Shown here: positions 1 to 9,513 of the stretch, piece after piece
How positions within the stretch are numbered: the first letter of the stretch is position 1
How the letters are laid out: every line of letters starts with the position of its first letter
Assembly: GCA_039592335.1 (NCBI GenBank)
Contig: JBDHBX010000003.1
Span: 131,056 to 195,055, forward strand
Direction of reading: 5' to 3'
Length of the DNA stretch: 64,000 nucleotides
DNA from: Gemmatimonadota bacterium
GTDB lineage: Bacteria; Gemmatimonadota; Gemmatimonadetes; Gemmatimonadales; GWC2-71-9
The notes under the pieces: generated by a model
What the model was told of the DNA's origin: nothing
Databases searched by the model: none
What the model saw: the letters and a program-made list of their open reading frames with translations, nothing else
Translations under genes and position numbers: made by a program

Positions 1-1352
1 TGCGCAAGCGCGAGATCTTCAAGTCGGTGCGCATCGACACGGCGACGATCGACGGCAAGTTCGCTCTCATCGTGAACACCCAGGACGGCTGGACCACCAA
101 ACCCAACCTCAAGTTCAGCGTGGCCACCGACGGAACCTGGACCGGCCGGTTCGGCCTCACCGAGGCGAACCTGCTGGGAACGGGCAACCTGGCGAGCATC
201 GCCTACGTGAAGGACGTGGACCGGCACGGTCCCGAGCTGGCCGCCAACTTCCGCCGCATCGGTGGGAGCCAGATACGGGCCAAGGGCCTGGTGAGCTTCT
301 GGAACGACGGCACCAGCGGGTGGTGGCGCGGCGGCGACCCGTTCTACTCGGACCAGGACCGGCTCTCCCTCGACTACCACGGCGACGCCGCCGGGGGACG
401 CGTGCTGCAGTTTCGGGTCGATAGCGCCGGCACCGACACCACGCAGTACCGTCGCGATGCGCTCATCAACCGGGCATGGGGCGGCTGGGCCACGTGGGCG
501 ACGCCGACCGGCTACTTCCGGCTGGGCGGGCTGGCGGAGCTCCGCCAGGACAAGTACGTGCTCTTCCAGGACACGGGCATGAGCGTGCCCGACAGCGTGT
601 ACGGCGTCGTCGGCCTGTGGGCCGAGTGGCGCCGTACCCGCTTCGCCGAGATGCGCTATTTCAACGGATTCGTCACCGAGGACATCGACGTCAGCGCGCG
701 CATCAAGCTGGGTCTCAACCTGGCGCCCGGCGCGTGGGGCTACCAAAGCAACGGCCTGGGACCACAGCTCGAGGCCGCGTTCGGCGGCACTGGAAGGACG
801 GGCTTCTTCGTGGCCACGCTCAAGGCGAACGGGCTGTTCAACGACGCCGGCCTCGACTCGGGGCGCGTCATCTTCGAGCTGACGCTGGGCACGCAGTTCG
901 CCGAGCGCCATTCCACCGGCCTATTCATCCAGGGCGGCGTGATGAAGGACCCGCCCCCCGGTGAGCAGTTCGACCTCGGCTTCACCACGCCCCCGCGCAG
1001 CTGGGCAGCGCACTCGTTCGTGGGCGACCGGTCCATTTGGGGCACCCTCGAGCACCGCTGGTTCGCGCTCGAGGGGTTGTTCAACCTGCTCTCGCTTGGC
1101 TTCGCCGCGTTCCTCGACTACGGGGGCGCCTGGTACGCCGACCAGGAGGCCCGCTTCGGCGGGAACGTGGGCATCGGGCTGCGACCCGGCGGCGCGCTCG
1201 GCACGGCCGCGCGCACCGGACGGATCGACATCGGCTACCGCTTCGGCGAGGGCTCGGACGTGGGGAGCCGCCTGGTGCTCACCTTCGGCGGCTCAATCGT
1301 GTTCCCATGGGTCAAAGACCCGGGGGTCATCGTGAGGAAGGAAGGCCCGTAG
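1..1352 (+). CDS. Omp85/BamA-family outer-membrane beta-barrel protein (surface-antigen domain); 5' end lies outside the window
   Basis: The frame is open from nt 3 (RKREIFKSVRID precedes the listed GTG at 27), so the gene enters from upstream. It shows a Gly/aromatic alternating beta-strand pattern (GWATWATPTGYFRLGG, GIGLRPGGALG, IDIGYRFG). The family call is from memory of the fold, not from a search. Confidence 0.6.
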   Translation, partial: RKREIFKSVRIDTATIDGKFALIVNTQDGWTTKPNLKFSVATDGTWTGRFGLTEANLLGTGNLASIAYVKDVDRHGPELAANFRRIGGSQIRAKGLVSFWNDGTSGWWRGGDPFYSDQDRLSLDYHGDAAGGRVLQFRVDSAGTDTTQYRRDALINRAWGGWATWATPTGYFRLGGLAELRQDKYVLFQDTGMSVPDSVYGVVGLWAEWRRTRFAEMRYFNGFVTEDIDVSARIKLGLNLAPGAWGYQSNGLGPQLEAAFGGTGRTGFFVATLKANGLFNDAGLDSGRVIFELTLGTQFAERHSTGLFIQGGVMKDPPPGEQFDLGFTTPPRSWAAHSFVGDRSIWGTLEHRWFALEGLFNLLSLGFAAFLDYGGAWYADQEARFGGNVGIGLRPGGALGTAARTGRIDIGYRFGEGSDVGSRLVLTFGGSIVFPWVKDPGVIVRKEGP

Positions 1353-2183
1353 CTAGGGCTCCAGCGCCTCCTCGATGGCGGCTCGCCGCTCGGACGGAAG
1401 GTCCGCCAGGCGCAGCGCGGCCCGCGCCAACTCGCGATACAGATCCCGCACGTCCTCAGGCAGCGCCGCCAGGTGCCGGCGTACCGTGTCGGCGTCGCCC
1501 CGTGCCACGGGGCCGGTGAGTGCGCTCGTCGGTCCGTCGGCCAGCGCCTTCTCCAGCGCCGCCGACATCAAGGGGCCAAGCGCCGCACGTGCCTGCTCCG
1601 GGCTCATTCCCGCTTCCCCCAGGAGCCCCTCGGCCACCCCCACGAGCGTCACCAGGTAGTTGGACGCGAAGACCGCAGCCGCGTGGTACACGGCCCGCCG
1701 CTCCTCGGGCACTTCGACCGGCACGAGGTCCACCGAGCGTGCCAGCGTCGACGCGACGGCCACTGCCTCCGCCGTGCCACCCACCCCGGCCACCGCACCT
1801 GCGAGGCCGGCCGCGCCCTCGGCCGACGCCTCCAACGTCTGATACGGGTGCAGCGAACCCAGCGCCGCACCGCTCGCGCCGAGCAGCGCGAGCACGTCGA
1901 GGCCAAGCGCACCCGACAGGTGCAGTACGGTGTGGCTCCCGGTCACCGCGCCGCTCGCCGCCAGCGACGCGGCGACCTCGGCTACCACGTCATCCGGCAC
2001 TGCGAGCAGCACGATCTCCGCCTCCTCCAGCCAGGGCGGGACGTCGCCGACGGTCAGTGCGAGTGGGGGGGGAACTTCGCAGGAGTGCCGGCCATGCAGC
2101 AGCACGCGGTGGCCGGCCCGGGACAGCGCGAGGCCGAGCGCGACACCAGCGCGACCCGGCCCCACGATCCCAACGGTGCTCAC
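1353..2183 (-). CDS. Rossmann-fold NAD(P)-binding protein with DUF2520-type C-terminal domain (ProC-like)
   Basis: GTG at 2183 gives VSTVGIVGPGRAGVALGLAL (GxGxxG). The listed start at 2531 would overlap the upstream peptidase gene by about 350 nt. There is a GTGA start/stop overlap with that gene. Confidence 0.7.
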   Translation of the reverse strand: MSTVGIVGPGRAGVALGLALSRAGHRVLLHGRHSCEVPPPLALTVGDVPPWLEEAEIVLLAVPDDVVAEVAASLAASGAVTGSHTVLHLSGALGLDVLALLGASGAALGSLHPYQTLEASAEGAAGLAGAVAGVGGTAEAVAVASTLARSVDLVPVEVPEERRAVYHAAAVFASNYLVTLVGVAEGLLGEAGMSPEQARAALGPLMSAALEKALADGPTSALTGPVARGDADTVRRHLAALPEDVRDLYRELARAALRLADLPSERRAAIEEALEP

Positions 2184-3811
2184 GGCGTGCGGCTGACCTC
2201 CGTGCCCTCGCGCTCCGCGAGAGTCAAGAGCTCGGTCTGCGTGCGCGCCTCCTGCAGCAGATCCAACGCCTTCTGCACCTGGGGGTCGTCCGAGATGCGC
2301 CGGCGCGACTCGGATTCTCGCCCGAACACATAGCGTTGTACCTCGTAGGCAAACTGCTGGTCGATCAGCGCTGCGGCACCGCGGAACTGCTCGTCGGTCA
2401 CCTCGATCTCGCGCTCCTTGAGGCGCGTCAGCAGCTCGGCGCGCATCTGGCGGGTCACCGAGAAGTTGGGGTCGGTCACCGTGCCAGCCGCCTTGATCTC
2501 CAGTGCGTACGTCGTCATGACGTCGCGCCACATCGGGAGCTTGGACCCGAGCGCCCGCAGGAACTCCTGCTCGACCTCGCTCAGCGTGTCGATCGGTACC
2601 ACCAGGTCGGGGTGAATCCCACCGCCACCGATCACCACGCGCCCGCCAGCAGTGCGATGCACCTGGCTCGAGTCCACCGCCGCCGTGTCGCTGCCGGGGC
2701 CCTCGACCTGGGCCACGGCCAGCGCCTCGAGACCCTGCCGATCCATGGGCCGCTGGATGGTGCGGCCGCTCGGCGTGTACCAGCGCGCGGTCGTGAGGCG
2801 CAGCGCCTCCATGCGCCCCAGTCGGAACACGGTCTGGACCAAGCCCTTACCGAAGGTGGTCGTGCCCACGATGAGGGCGCGGTCGTGGTCCTGCAGCGCC
2901 CCGGCGATGATCTCGGAGGCGCTCGCGGTGCCGCCGTTCACCAGCACGACCATGGGCATGTCGGGCCAGCGCTGCTGCTGCCGCGCCCGGTAGGAATCGG
3001 AGCTGCCGCGGGCCCGCCCCTTGGTGTCCACGACCGACTCGCCCGGGTCGAGGAACAGGTCGGTCACATCGACGCCGGCGTCGAGCAGCCCGCCGGGGTT
3101 GTTGCGCACGTCGAGAATGAGCGACCGGGCACCCTCCTCGCGCAGCCGCACGACCTCGTCCTCCAACTCGCGGGCCAGCGTCTCGCTGACGCTGGAGTAC
3201 ACCAGGGAGACGTAACCGACATCGTCACCCAGGATCGTGGAGAGCTGGATCGCGTTGATGTGGATCAGCGCCCGCGCCACGGTGACCTGGAACGACTCGG
3301 GGAGCCCGGGGCGCGCGATGGTGATCTCGACCTCGCTGCCGGGCTTGCCCCGCAGGACGGACACCGCCTGGTCGCTCTTCCACCCGAAAGTGGACTCGCC
3401 CGCCACGGCGATGATGCGGTCGCCCGTCTCCAGCCCGGCCGCTTCGGCCGGTGTCCCAGCAATGGGCGCGATGATGGTGATCCAACCGTCGCGCACGTCG
3501 ATGCGGATACCGAGCCCGCCGTAGTTGCCGGTGGTGCTCTCGGTGAGCTCCTCGTAGTCCTCCCGCCGGAGGAACCGGGCGTAGGGGTCTTCCAGCCGGT
3601 CCAGCAGGCCGTCGATGGCCATGTCGTACAGCTCGTCGACGCCGACGGAGTCGACGTAGTAGTCGGCCACGTAGCCCACCACGTCGTCGAACAGCCTCGC
3701 CTGCTGGTAGATGTTGCCCGCCCGCGAAGTGCCCCGCTGGAGGAGCCATCCGCCCGACAGGAATGAGATGAACCCCACCAGAGCGAGCAACAGAACCCGC
3801 TGACCCCTCAT
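2180..3811 (-). CDS. S41-family C-terminal processing peptidase (PDZ plus tail-specific protease domain)
   Basis: N-terminal hydrophobic anchor. PDZ-like segment GLGIRIDVRDGWITIIAPIAGTPAEAAGLETGDRIIAV. S41 core VVLVNGGTASASEIIAGALQD...TFGKGLVQ. GGAGG lies upstream of ATG 3811. Confidence 0.9.
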   Translation of the reverse strand: MRGQRVLLLALVGFISFLSGGWLLQRGTSRAGNIYQQARLFDDVVGYVADYYVDSVGVDELYDMAIDGLLDRLEDPYARFLRREDYEELTESTTGNYGGLGIRIDVRDGWITIIAPIAGTPAEAAGLETGDRIIAVAGESTFGWKSDQAVSVLRGKPGSEVEITIARPGLPESFQVTVARALIHINAIQLSTILGDDVGYVSLVYSSVSETLARELEDEVVRLREEGARSLILDVRNNPGGLLDAGVDVTDLFLDPGESVVDTKGRARGSSDSYRARQQQRWPDMPMVVLVNGGTASASEIIAGALQDHDRALIVGTTTFGKGLVQTVFRLGRMEALRLTTARWYTPSGRTIQRPMDRQGLEALAVAQVEGPGSDTAAVDSSQVHRTAGGRVVIGGGGIHPDLVVPIDTLSEVEQEFLRALGSKLPMWRDVMTTYALEIKAAGTVTDPNFSVTRQMRAELLTRLKEREIEVTDEQFRGAAALIDQQFAYEVQRYVFGRESESRRRISDDPQVQKALDLLQEARTQTELLTLAEREGTEVSRTP

Positions 3812-3869
3812 GCGCCTACCTCCATCGTGTCCGTCTCGAAACTCCCGAGTGCTTCAACCCTGCCGCCCC

Positions 3870-4493
3870 CTACGGTGTTCCGACGAGCCGCTCCCGCACC
3901 GTGTTCCAGGCCACATTGGCCAGCTCGTCCGGCCCCAGCGTCCCGTCCAGATGGATGATGCCCGCTCCCGCGGCTTCCCGGAAGGCCTGCGCCACGCGGT
4001 CGTGCATGGCGGCGTCCTCCCGCTCCATCCGGTCGGGCTGCTTGCCCTCGGAGTCCTGGCGCCGCCGGCCCTCGGCCGGGTCCAGGTCCAACACAAGGGT
4101 AACGTCCGGGGCCAACCCATTGGTTGCGAGCCGATTGGCCGCCAGGACCGCCTCCCGGTCGAGCCCGCGCCCCACCACCTGATACGCCACAGTGGAGAGA
4201 TCGAACCGGTCGCTGATCACGACCCAACTCCCGTCGTCCAGATGGGGCCGGATCACCTTGGCCACCAGCTCCGCGCGGGCCGTGAGGATGAGGAATAACT
4301 CCCCTACCGGGGTCCATGCCCGGGCCGGGTCCAGCACCAGATCCCGGGCCGCCTCGGCCGTATCGGTGCCCCCCGGCTCCCGTACCTCCAGCACCTGATG
4401 GCCCGCCTCGCGCAGCCGGCCGGCCAGCCGGGCGACCAGCGTCGTCTTGCCTGCCCCCTCGGGCCCCTCCACGACCACGAACAACCCTGCCAC
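3870..4493 (-). CDS. tmk: dTMP (thymidylate) kinase
   Basis: N-terminus FVVVEGPEGAGKTT (P-loop) and DRF motif (ISDRFDLST). GTG start at 4493. Confidence 0.9.
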   Translation of the reverse strand: MAGLFVVVEGPEGAGKTTLVARLAGRLREAGHQVLEVREPGGTDTAEAARDLVLDPARAWTPVGELFLILTARAELVAKVIRPHLDDGSWVVISDRFDLSTVAYQVVGRGLDREAVLAANRLATNGLAPDVTLVLDLDPAEGRRRQDSEGKQPDRMEREDAAMHDRVAQAFREAAGAGIIHLDGTLGPDELANVAWNTVRERLVGTP

Positions 4494-4504
4494 GTCGGGT
4501 TCCC

Positions 4505-4858
4505 TCAGTCGAGGGTGATGATCACGCTCTCGGACCCCTTCTTGATGCCCTCCATGATCTGGTCCTGCACCCGGAGCATGAGCTTGTCGAAGTTGGCCTG
4601 GGCCGCCACCAGGCTCTGGTACCGGCTATCGGACTGCACCTCGCCCAGAAGCTGCTGGTACGCCTCGCCGTCGGCCTGCGCGGGCTCCGCGCCCTCCGCC
4701 ATCGCCTTCTCCAGGCGCGCCGCGACTTGCTGCAGCTCCTCGAACTTGGCGTCCAGCTCCTCGACTCCTTCGAGGCCGTCACGGGCACGCTTGAGCGCCT
4801 TGTAGTCGTCGCTCTGTCCGATCAGACGTCCCAGCTCCTGGGCCTTCTCTTCGATCAC
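4505..4858 (-). CDS. YlbF/YmcA-family (UPF0342) small helical regulator-like protein
   Basis: 117-aa helical protein with the pattern IGQSDDYKALKRA...EELQ...YQQLLGEVQSD..Y..L..AQ..F..LM typical of YlbF. GTG start, 3 nt after the prmC stop. Confidence 0.6.
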   Translation of the reverse strand: MIEEKAQELGRLIGQSDDYKALKRARDGLEGVEELDAKFEELQQVAARLEKAMAEGAEPAQADGEAYQQLLGEVQSDSRYQSLVAAQANFDKLMLRVQDQIMEGIKKGSESVIITLD

Positions 4859-4861
4859 AGC

Positions 4862-5710
4862 TCACTCCTTGGTCGCGACGAGATAGCGCAGGCGTCCGAA
4901 CAGGTCTCTCTCGAGGCGAGCCCCACGCCAACCGGCCTCTCGAGCGAGGCGAATGGTCGCCTCCGCCCTGGTAGAATCTACTTCCAGCGCGAGCAGGCCG
5001 CCCGACGCCAGGTGCCCCGTTGCGCCCTCCAGGATCCGGCGAGAGTGCTCCAGCCCGCCCTCCCCGCTCACCAGGGCCTCGCGTGGCTCGTACAGCCGCA
5101 CGCCGCCGTCCAGGGCGTCGAACTCCTCCGCCGTCACATAGGGGGGATTGGAGACGATGGCATCGAACGTCTCCCCGACCACCGCGTCCAGCAGGTCACC
5201 CTGGCGGAACTCCACCGGGGTCGGGGGCGCCACGCGGGCCGCGTTCTGCCGCGCCGCCTCGAGCGCCGCCGTCGAAGCATCGGTCGCCACGACACGGGTG
5301 AAGCCGCCCTCGGTCGCGAGACTCAGGGCGATGCACCCGCTCCCGGTGCCCACGTCGAGGGCGGCACCCAGCTCCCGGTCCGCGGCCCACGCCAGCACGC
5401 ACTCCACCAGCCCTTCGGTCTCGGGCCGCGGGATGAGTACCCGGGGATCGATCTGCAGCTCCAGCCACCGGAACCCTGCCGTCCCCGCCGCGTACGCCGC
5501 CGGCTCGCCCCGCAGCCGACGCTTCACCACGTCGCGGTAGCGGGCGCGACTCTCCTCCGCGGCCTCAGCGCGCTGCTCGAGCCACGCGTCGCCTACCGTT
5601 TGGCCCGAGAGCCGGGCCCACAGGCCCGCTGCCTCCCGGCGTGGCGCCTCACACCCCGCCTCGGCCAGCCGCTGCGCGGCGGCGCGCAGCTCCTCGCCCA
5701 CGGTCGGCAT
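4862..5710 (-). CDS. prmC: Release-factor glutamine N5-methyltransferase
   Basis: SAM motif [14 protein letters not shown] and catalytic IVSNPPYV. Sits immediately downstream of prfA, which is the classical arrangement. Confidence 0.9.
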   Translation of the reverse strand: MPTVGEELRAAAQRLAEAGCEAPRREAAGLWARLSGQTVGDAWLEQRAEAAEESRARYRDVVKRRLRGEPAAYAAGTAGFRWLELQIDPRVLIPRPETEGLVECVLAWAADRELGAALDVGTGSGCIALSLATEGGFTRVVATDASTAALEAARQNAARVAPPTPVEFRQGDLLDAVVGETFDAIVSNPPYVTAEEFDALDGGVRLYEPREALVSGEGGLEHSRRILEGATGHLASGGLLALEVDSTRAEATIRLAREAGWRGARLERDLFGRLRYLVATKE

Positions 5711-5715
5711 ATGGC

Positions 5716-6774
5716 TCAGCTCTCGGTGCGCTCGTCGCGGTACGCGACGGCGAGTGCCTCGATGATCTCGTCCAGCTCGCCATCGAGTACCCCATCCAGC
5801 CGGTGCGTGGTGAAGTTGATGCGGTGGTCGGTGACCCGGCTCTGGGGGAAGTTGTAGGTGCGGATCTTGGCCGAGCGGTCGCCGGTGCTGACCATGGCGC
5901 GTCGCTCACAGGCCCGTTCGGCCTCCTGCTTGGCGACCATGCGGTCCAGCAGCCGGGCCCGCAGCACTTCCATGGCTCGCATCTTGTTCTGTAGCTGAGA
6001 CTTCTGGTCCTGGCACTGGACCACGAGTCCCGTGGGCACGTGGGTGATCCGCACGGCGCTGTCGGTGGTGTTCACGCTCTGTCCGCCGGGTCCCGAGGAG
6101 CGGAAGACGTCCACCTTGAGGTCCTTCTCCTCGATCTTCACGTCCACCTCCTCCGCCTCGGGCAGCACGGCGACCGTGGCGGCGGAGGTGTGGATGCGGC
6201 CCTGGGTCTCGGTCGCGGGGACCCGCTGCACCCGGTGGACGCCCGACTCGTAGCGCAACCGGCCGTAGGCCTTCTCCCCCGCGACCTTGAACACGGCTTC
6301 CTTCACGCCCCCCACGTTGCCCTCGGAGGCGCCGACCATGTCCACCTGCCAGCCGCGCCGCTCGGCATACCGGGTGTACATACGTAGCAGGTCCGCTGCG
6401 AACAGGGCCGCCTCGTCGCCCCCCGTGCCAGCCCTGATCTCCACGATGGTGTCGCGGTCGGCGAGCGGGTCGGGTGGGACCAGCAGCTGCAGCAGTTCTG
6501 CTTCCAGCGCGGCAACCTCGGGGCCGAGCCGCTCCAAGTCGGCTTGGGCCAGCTCCGCCAGCGCCGCATCGGAATCCCGCGCCAGCTCCTCAGCCTGCTC
6601 CAACTCATCCCGCAGCTTTTCGTGGCGGGCGGCAGTCTTCTGGATGGGCTCCAGGCGGGCATGCTCCCGCCCCAGCGCCTTCAGCTTTGCGGGATCGCGC
6701 GCAGTGGCGGGGTCGGCAAGCTCTCGTTCAACTTCGGCCGCGCGAGCAAGCGCGGCCGCGAGCCGCGCTTCCAT
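5716..6774 (-). CDS. prfA: Peptide chain release factor 1
   Basis: [23 protein letters not shown] (GGQ motif) and the PxT-type RF1 region ([14 protein letters not shown]). Confidence 0.95.
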   Translation of the reverse strand: MEARLAAALARAAEVERELADPATARDPAKLKALGREHARLEPIQKTAARHEKLRDELEQAEELARDSDAALAELAQADLERLGPEVAALEAELLQLLVPPDPLADRDTIVEIRAGTGGDEAALFAADLLRMYTRYAERRGWQVDMVGASEGNVGGVKEAVFKVAGEKAYGRLRYESGVHRVQRVPATETQGRIHTSAATVAVLPEAEEVDVKIEEKDLKVDVFRSSGPGGQSVNTTDSAVRITHVPTGLVVQCQDQKSQLQNKMRAMEVLRARLLDRMVAKQEAERACERRAMVSTGDRSAKIRTYNFPQSRVTDHRINFTTHRLDGVLDGELDEIIEALAVAYRDERTES

Positions 6775-6780
6775 GGCGAG

Positions 6781-6999
6781 CTACGCTCCGGTCTTCTTGG
6801 CCGTGCCCGAGTAGCGCTGGCGGAAACGCTCCACGCGACCAGCCGTGTCCACGAGCTTCTGCTTGCCGGTGAAGAACGGATGGCAGCGCGCGCAGATCTC
6901 CACGTGGATGTCGGCCAGGGTCGAGCGCGTCTCGAACGTGTTGCCGCAGGCGCACTGCACGACCGCGCGCTGATAGGTGGGATGGATATCCGCTTTCAC
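6781..6999 (-). CDS. rpmE: 50S ribosomal protein L31 (Zn-ribbon type)
   Basis: MKADIHPTY...CACGN...[14 protein letters not shown] prefer GTG at 6999 (GGGAG 6 nt upstream) over the listed TTG at 7002. Confidence 0.9.
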   Translation of the reverse strand: MKADIHPTYQRAVVQCACGNTFETRSTLADIHVEICARCHPFFTGKQKLVDTAGRVERFRQRYSGTAKKTGA

Positions 7000-7079
7000 C
7001 AAGCACTCCCAGGGTTTCCGAAGAGGCGGAAATATAAACGTGGCACGGACTTGGGGGCAAGCGGCCCCACGGAATTCGA

Positions 7080-7108
7080 TTGACAGGCTCCCGGCCGGAA
7101 CGTAACCT
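7080..7108 (+). promoter_or_regulatory. Sigma-70-type promoter of the Crp-led operon (TTGACA-N17-TAACCT), very short leader
   Basis: TTGACA at 7080-7085, a 17-nt spacer, then TAACCT at 7103-7108. The ATG at 7119 is only 10 nt after the -10 element and has no SD sequence. Confidence 0.55.
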
Positions 7109-7118
7109 AGGCCTGTTT

Positions 7119-7817
7119 ATGGGCGAAGATTCACGTGACGACGCGTCCCTTTCGGTGGCCGAGCGGCTCCGCAACATCCCGCTCTTCACACAGCTCACCG
7201 AGGAAGAGGTCACGCGCATCACCGAGGTGGCCCGGGAGCGAACCTACCCCAAGAACAGTGTCATCCTGTTCGAGGACGACCCGGGCGACGCCCTCTACGT
7301 GGTGCTCGCCGGCGAGGTGAAAGTGGTGCTGATCGGTGAGGACGGCCGCGAGGTCATCCTTTCGATGCTGCGCTCCGGCGACTTCTTCGGGGAGATGTCC
7401 CTGATCGACGATCAGCCCCGCTCGGCGCACGTGATCGCCACCGAGGACTCCAATCTGCTGGTGCTCAGGCGGGACGAGTTCCGGCAGTGCCTGGAGCAGG
7501 CGCCCCGCATCGCTCTGGGGCTGCTGCAAGCGCTCTCACGCCGCCTGCGCCGCGCCGACGACACGATCGGCGGGCTGGTGCTGCTCGACGTGAGCGGGCG
7601 GGTGGCGCGGATCCTGGTGGAGTTGGCCGACGAGCACGACGGGACGCACATCCCGCGCAAGATCACCCACCACATGCTCGCCCAGATGATCGGGTCGAGC
7701 CGCGAGACGGTCTCGCGCACGATCCGGGACCTGGGAGAACGGGGCCTCATCGAGGTCTCCCGAAAGGACATCGCCATCCGCGACCGCCCGGGTCTCGAGG
7801 AGCTAGCCGGACTTTAG
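7119..7817 (+). CDS. Crp/Fnr-family transcriptional regulator (cNMP-binding domain plus HTH)
   Basis: cNMP-binding beta-roll (GDFFGEMSLIDDQPRSAHVIA) and C-terminal HTH (SRETVSRTIRDLGERGLI). The listed TTG at 7080 is itself the -35 hexamer, so I use ATG 7119. Confidence 0.85.
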   Translation: MGEDSRDDASLSVAERLRNIPLFTQLTEEEVTRITEVARERTYPKNSVILFEDDPGDALYVVLAGEVKVVLIGEDGREVILSMLRSGDFFGEMSLIDDQPRSAHVIATEDSNLLVLRRDEFRQCLEQAPRIALGLLQALSRRLRRADDTIGGLVLLDVSGRVARILVELADEHDGTHIPRKITHHMLAQMIGSSRETVSRTIRDLGERGLIEVSRKDIAIRDRPGLEELAGL

Positions 7818-7909
7818 TGAGCCATGTCACGGGACCGACGTGACTCCACACCTTGTGTGATCGTCACCGCCGCCGGTACGTTCGCCGGGATTGTGACTGA
7901 ACCGGCCCG

Positions 7910-8785
7910 ATGACACACACGGTGACGATCTGGGGCGCGCGGGGGTCCATCCCCACCCCCGGCGCGTTGACCACCCGGTACGGGGGCAACACGCCTTGTG
8001 TCGCGGTGGAGCACAGTGGCGACGCGGGCGACCGGCTGGTCATCCTGGACGCGGGCACCGGCATCCGGCTCCTGGGACAGGAGTTGGTGGAGCGCGGCAA
8101 CGGCCCGCTGCAGGTGGACCTGCTGCTGAGCCACACCCACTGGGACCACATCCAGGGCATCCCGTTCTTCGCACCGTTCTTCGACGACGGGAACGAGGTG
8201 CGGGTCTGGGGGTCCAAGCAGGGGGACGTGGATCTCGACGCCATCCTGCGACAGCAGATGCACCCGGTGGTGTTCCCGGTGCCGCTCGATCGCGTCGCCG
8301 CGGAGTTGTTCGTGGAGCACGTGGAGCCGGGCACGTTCGAGATCGACGGCTTCGAAGTGGACGCGATTCGGCTGCGTCACCCCGGCAATACCCTGGGATA
8401 TCGGCTGACGCCGATGGGAGGCGGGGCCAGCATGGCCTACGTCACCGACAACGAGCTCGGGCCGGGCGGAGAGTACGACGTCGGGCTGCGGTGGCGCCGG
8501 AAGCTGGTGCAGTTCCTGAAGGACGTAGACGTGCTGATCCACGACGCGATGTACACGCCCCACGATCTCGACCAGCACCGCGGCTGGGGACACTCGTCGT
8601 ATGCCGAGGCGGTGACGCTGGCGGCCGAGGCACGCGTGGCACGGCTGGTGCTGTTCCACCACCGACCGGAGCACGACGACGCGGCCATGGACAACGTGGT
8701 CGAGGCGGCACAAACGGCCGCGGAGGAGTCGGGGCAGACCTTCGAGGTCATCGCGGCCACCGAAGGGATGCAGCTCACCCTCTGA
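7910..8785 (+). CDS. MBL-fold metallo-hydrolase (Lactamase_B_2 type)
   Basis: LLLSHTHWDHIQG (HxHxDH) plus downstream His/Asp ligands (IHDAMY, LFHHRPEHDD). Confidence 0.8.
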   Translation: MTHTVTIWGARGSIPTPGALTTRYGGNTPCVAVEHSGDAGDRLVILDAGTGIRLLGQELVERGNGPLQVDLLLSHTHWDHIQGIPFFAPFFDDGNEVRVWGSKQGDVDLDAILRQQMHPVVFPVPLDRVAAELFVEHVEPGTFEIDGFEVDAIRLRHPGNTLGYRLTPMGGGASMAYVTDNELGPGGEYDVGLRWRRKLVQFLKDVDVLIHDAMYTPHDLDQHRGWGHSSYAEAVTLAAEARVARLVLFHHRPEHDDAAMDNVVEAAQTAAEESGQTFEVIAATEGMQLTL

Positions 8786-8799
8786 GGATGGAGGTACGC

Positions 8800-9501
8800 A
8801 TGCGCTGGCGTTCGGTAATGGCCCTGACCCTGGCGGCGGGGCTCGCAGCACCTCAGGTCCTCCTGGGGCAGGACAGCCGGCCGGGCGTCGCGGTGATGCC
8901 CTTTGAGGACGGCGGGTCCTACGGCCAGGACGCGGAGGATTTCGAGGCGCTCACCGTGGGGATGCAGCAGTTGCTGCTCACGGAGTTCGCCATCAATGAC
9001 GCGCTGCGGGTCGTGGAGCGCGGTCGCATCAACGACCTCCTTGCCGAGATGGAGCTGGGCGCCTCGGGCACGGTGGACGCCGGCACCGCAGCCCAAGTCG
9101 GCAAGCTCGTGGGCGCCAGGTACATGGTGTTCGGGAGCTTCATCGACTGGTACGGCGACTTCCGCGTGAACGCGCGGATCGTCAACGTGGAGACGGGCGA
9201 GATCGTGAAGGTGGAGCGGGGCCGCGAGAAGCGGGAGAACCTGTTCCCCATGGTCGTGGACCTGGCGAACAACATCACCAGGGGACTCGACCTCCCGGTG
9301 CTCTCGGAGCAGGCGTTCGAGGGCCGCCGCGACCGCTCGGAGAACATCCCGCAGGAGGCGCTGAGGCTCTACAGCAAGGCCCTGCTGTACCAGGACCGTG
9401 GCGACACCGAGCGAGCCGTGGAACTGTTCAGCCAGGTGACCCGGGACTTCCCTGAGTACACGGAAGCCCAGGAGGCCTTGAGACAGCTCCAGCAGGGGTA
9501 G
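8800..9501 (+). CDS. Secreted CsgG/LpoB/FlgO-like domain protein with C-terminal TPR-like helix pair
   Basis: GGAGG lies 6 nt upstream of ATG 8800. Signal peptide MRWRSVMALTLAAGLAAPQVLLGQ. VAVMPFED...RVVERGRINDLLAEMELG...GARYMVFGSF resembles the CsgG/LpoB fold family. Confidence 0.6.
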   Translation: MRWRSVMALTLAAGLAAPQVLLGQDSRPGVAVMPFEDGGSYGQDAEDFEALTVGMQQLLLTEFAINDALRVVERGRINDLLAEMELGASGTVDAGTAAQVGKLVGARYMVFGSFIDWYGDFRVNARIVNVETGEIVKVERGREKRENLFPMVVDLANNITRGLDLPVLSEQAFEGRRDRSENIPQEALRLYSKALLYQDRGDTERAVELFSQVTRDFPEYTEAQEALRQLQQG

Positions 9502-9513
9502 TAACATAGGCGC

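Noticed and set aside
1520-3766. 748-aa plus-strand ORF
   Set aside because: It is antisense to the DUF2520 and S41 peptidase genes. The translation is Pro/Arg/Ala/Gly-rich low-complexity with no domain signatures, which is typical of a GC-rich shadow ORF.
7041-7056. TGGCAC hexamer upstream of the Crp gene, considered as a possible sigma-54 promoter
   Set aside because: The sequence is TGGCACGGACTTGGGG. The -12 position has GG, not GC, and a good sigma-70 promoter lies 25 nt downstream.
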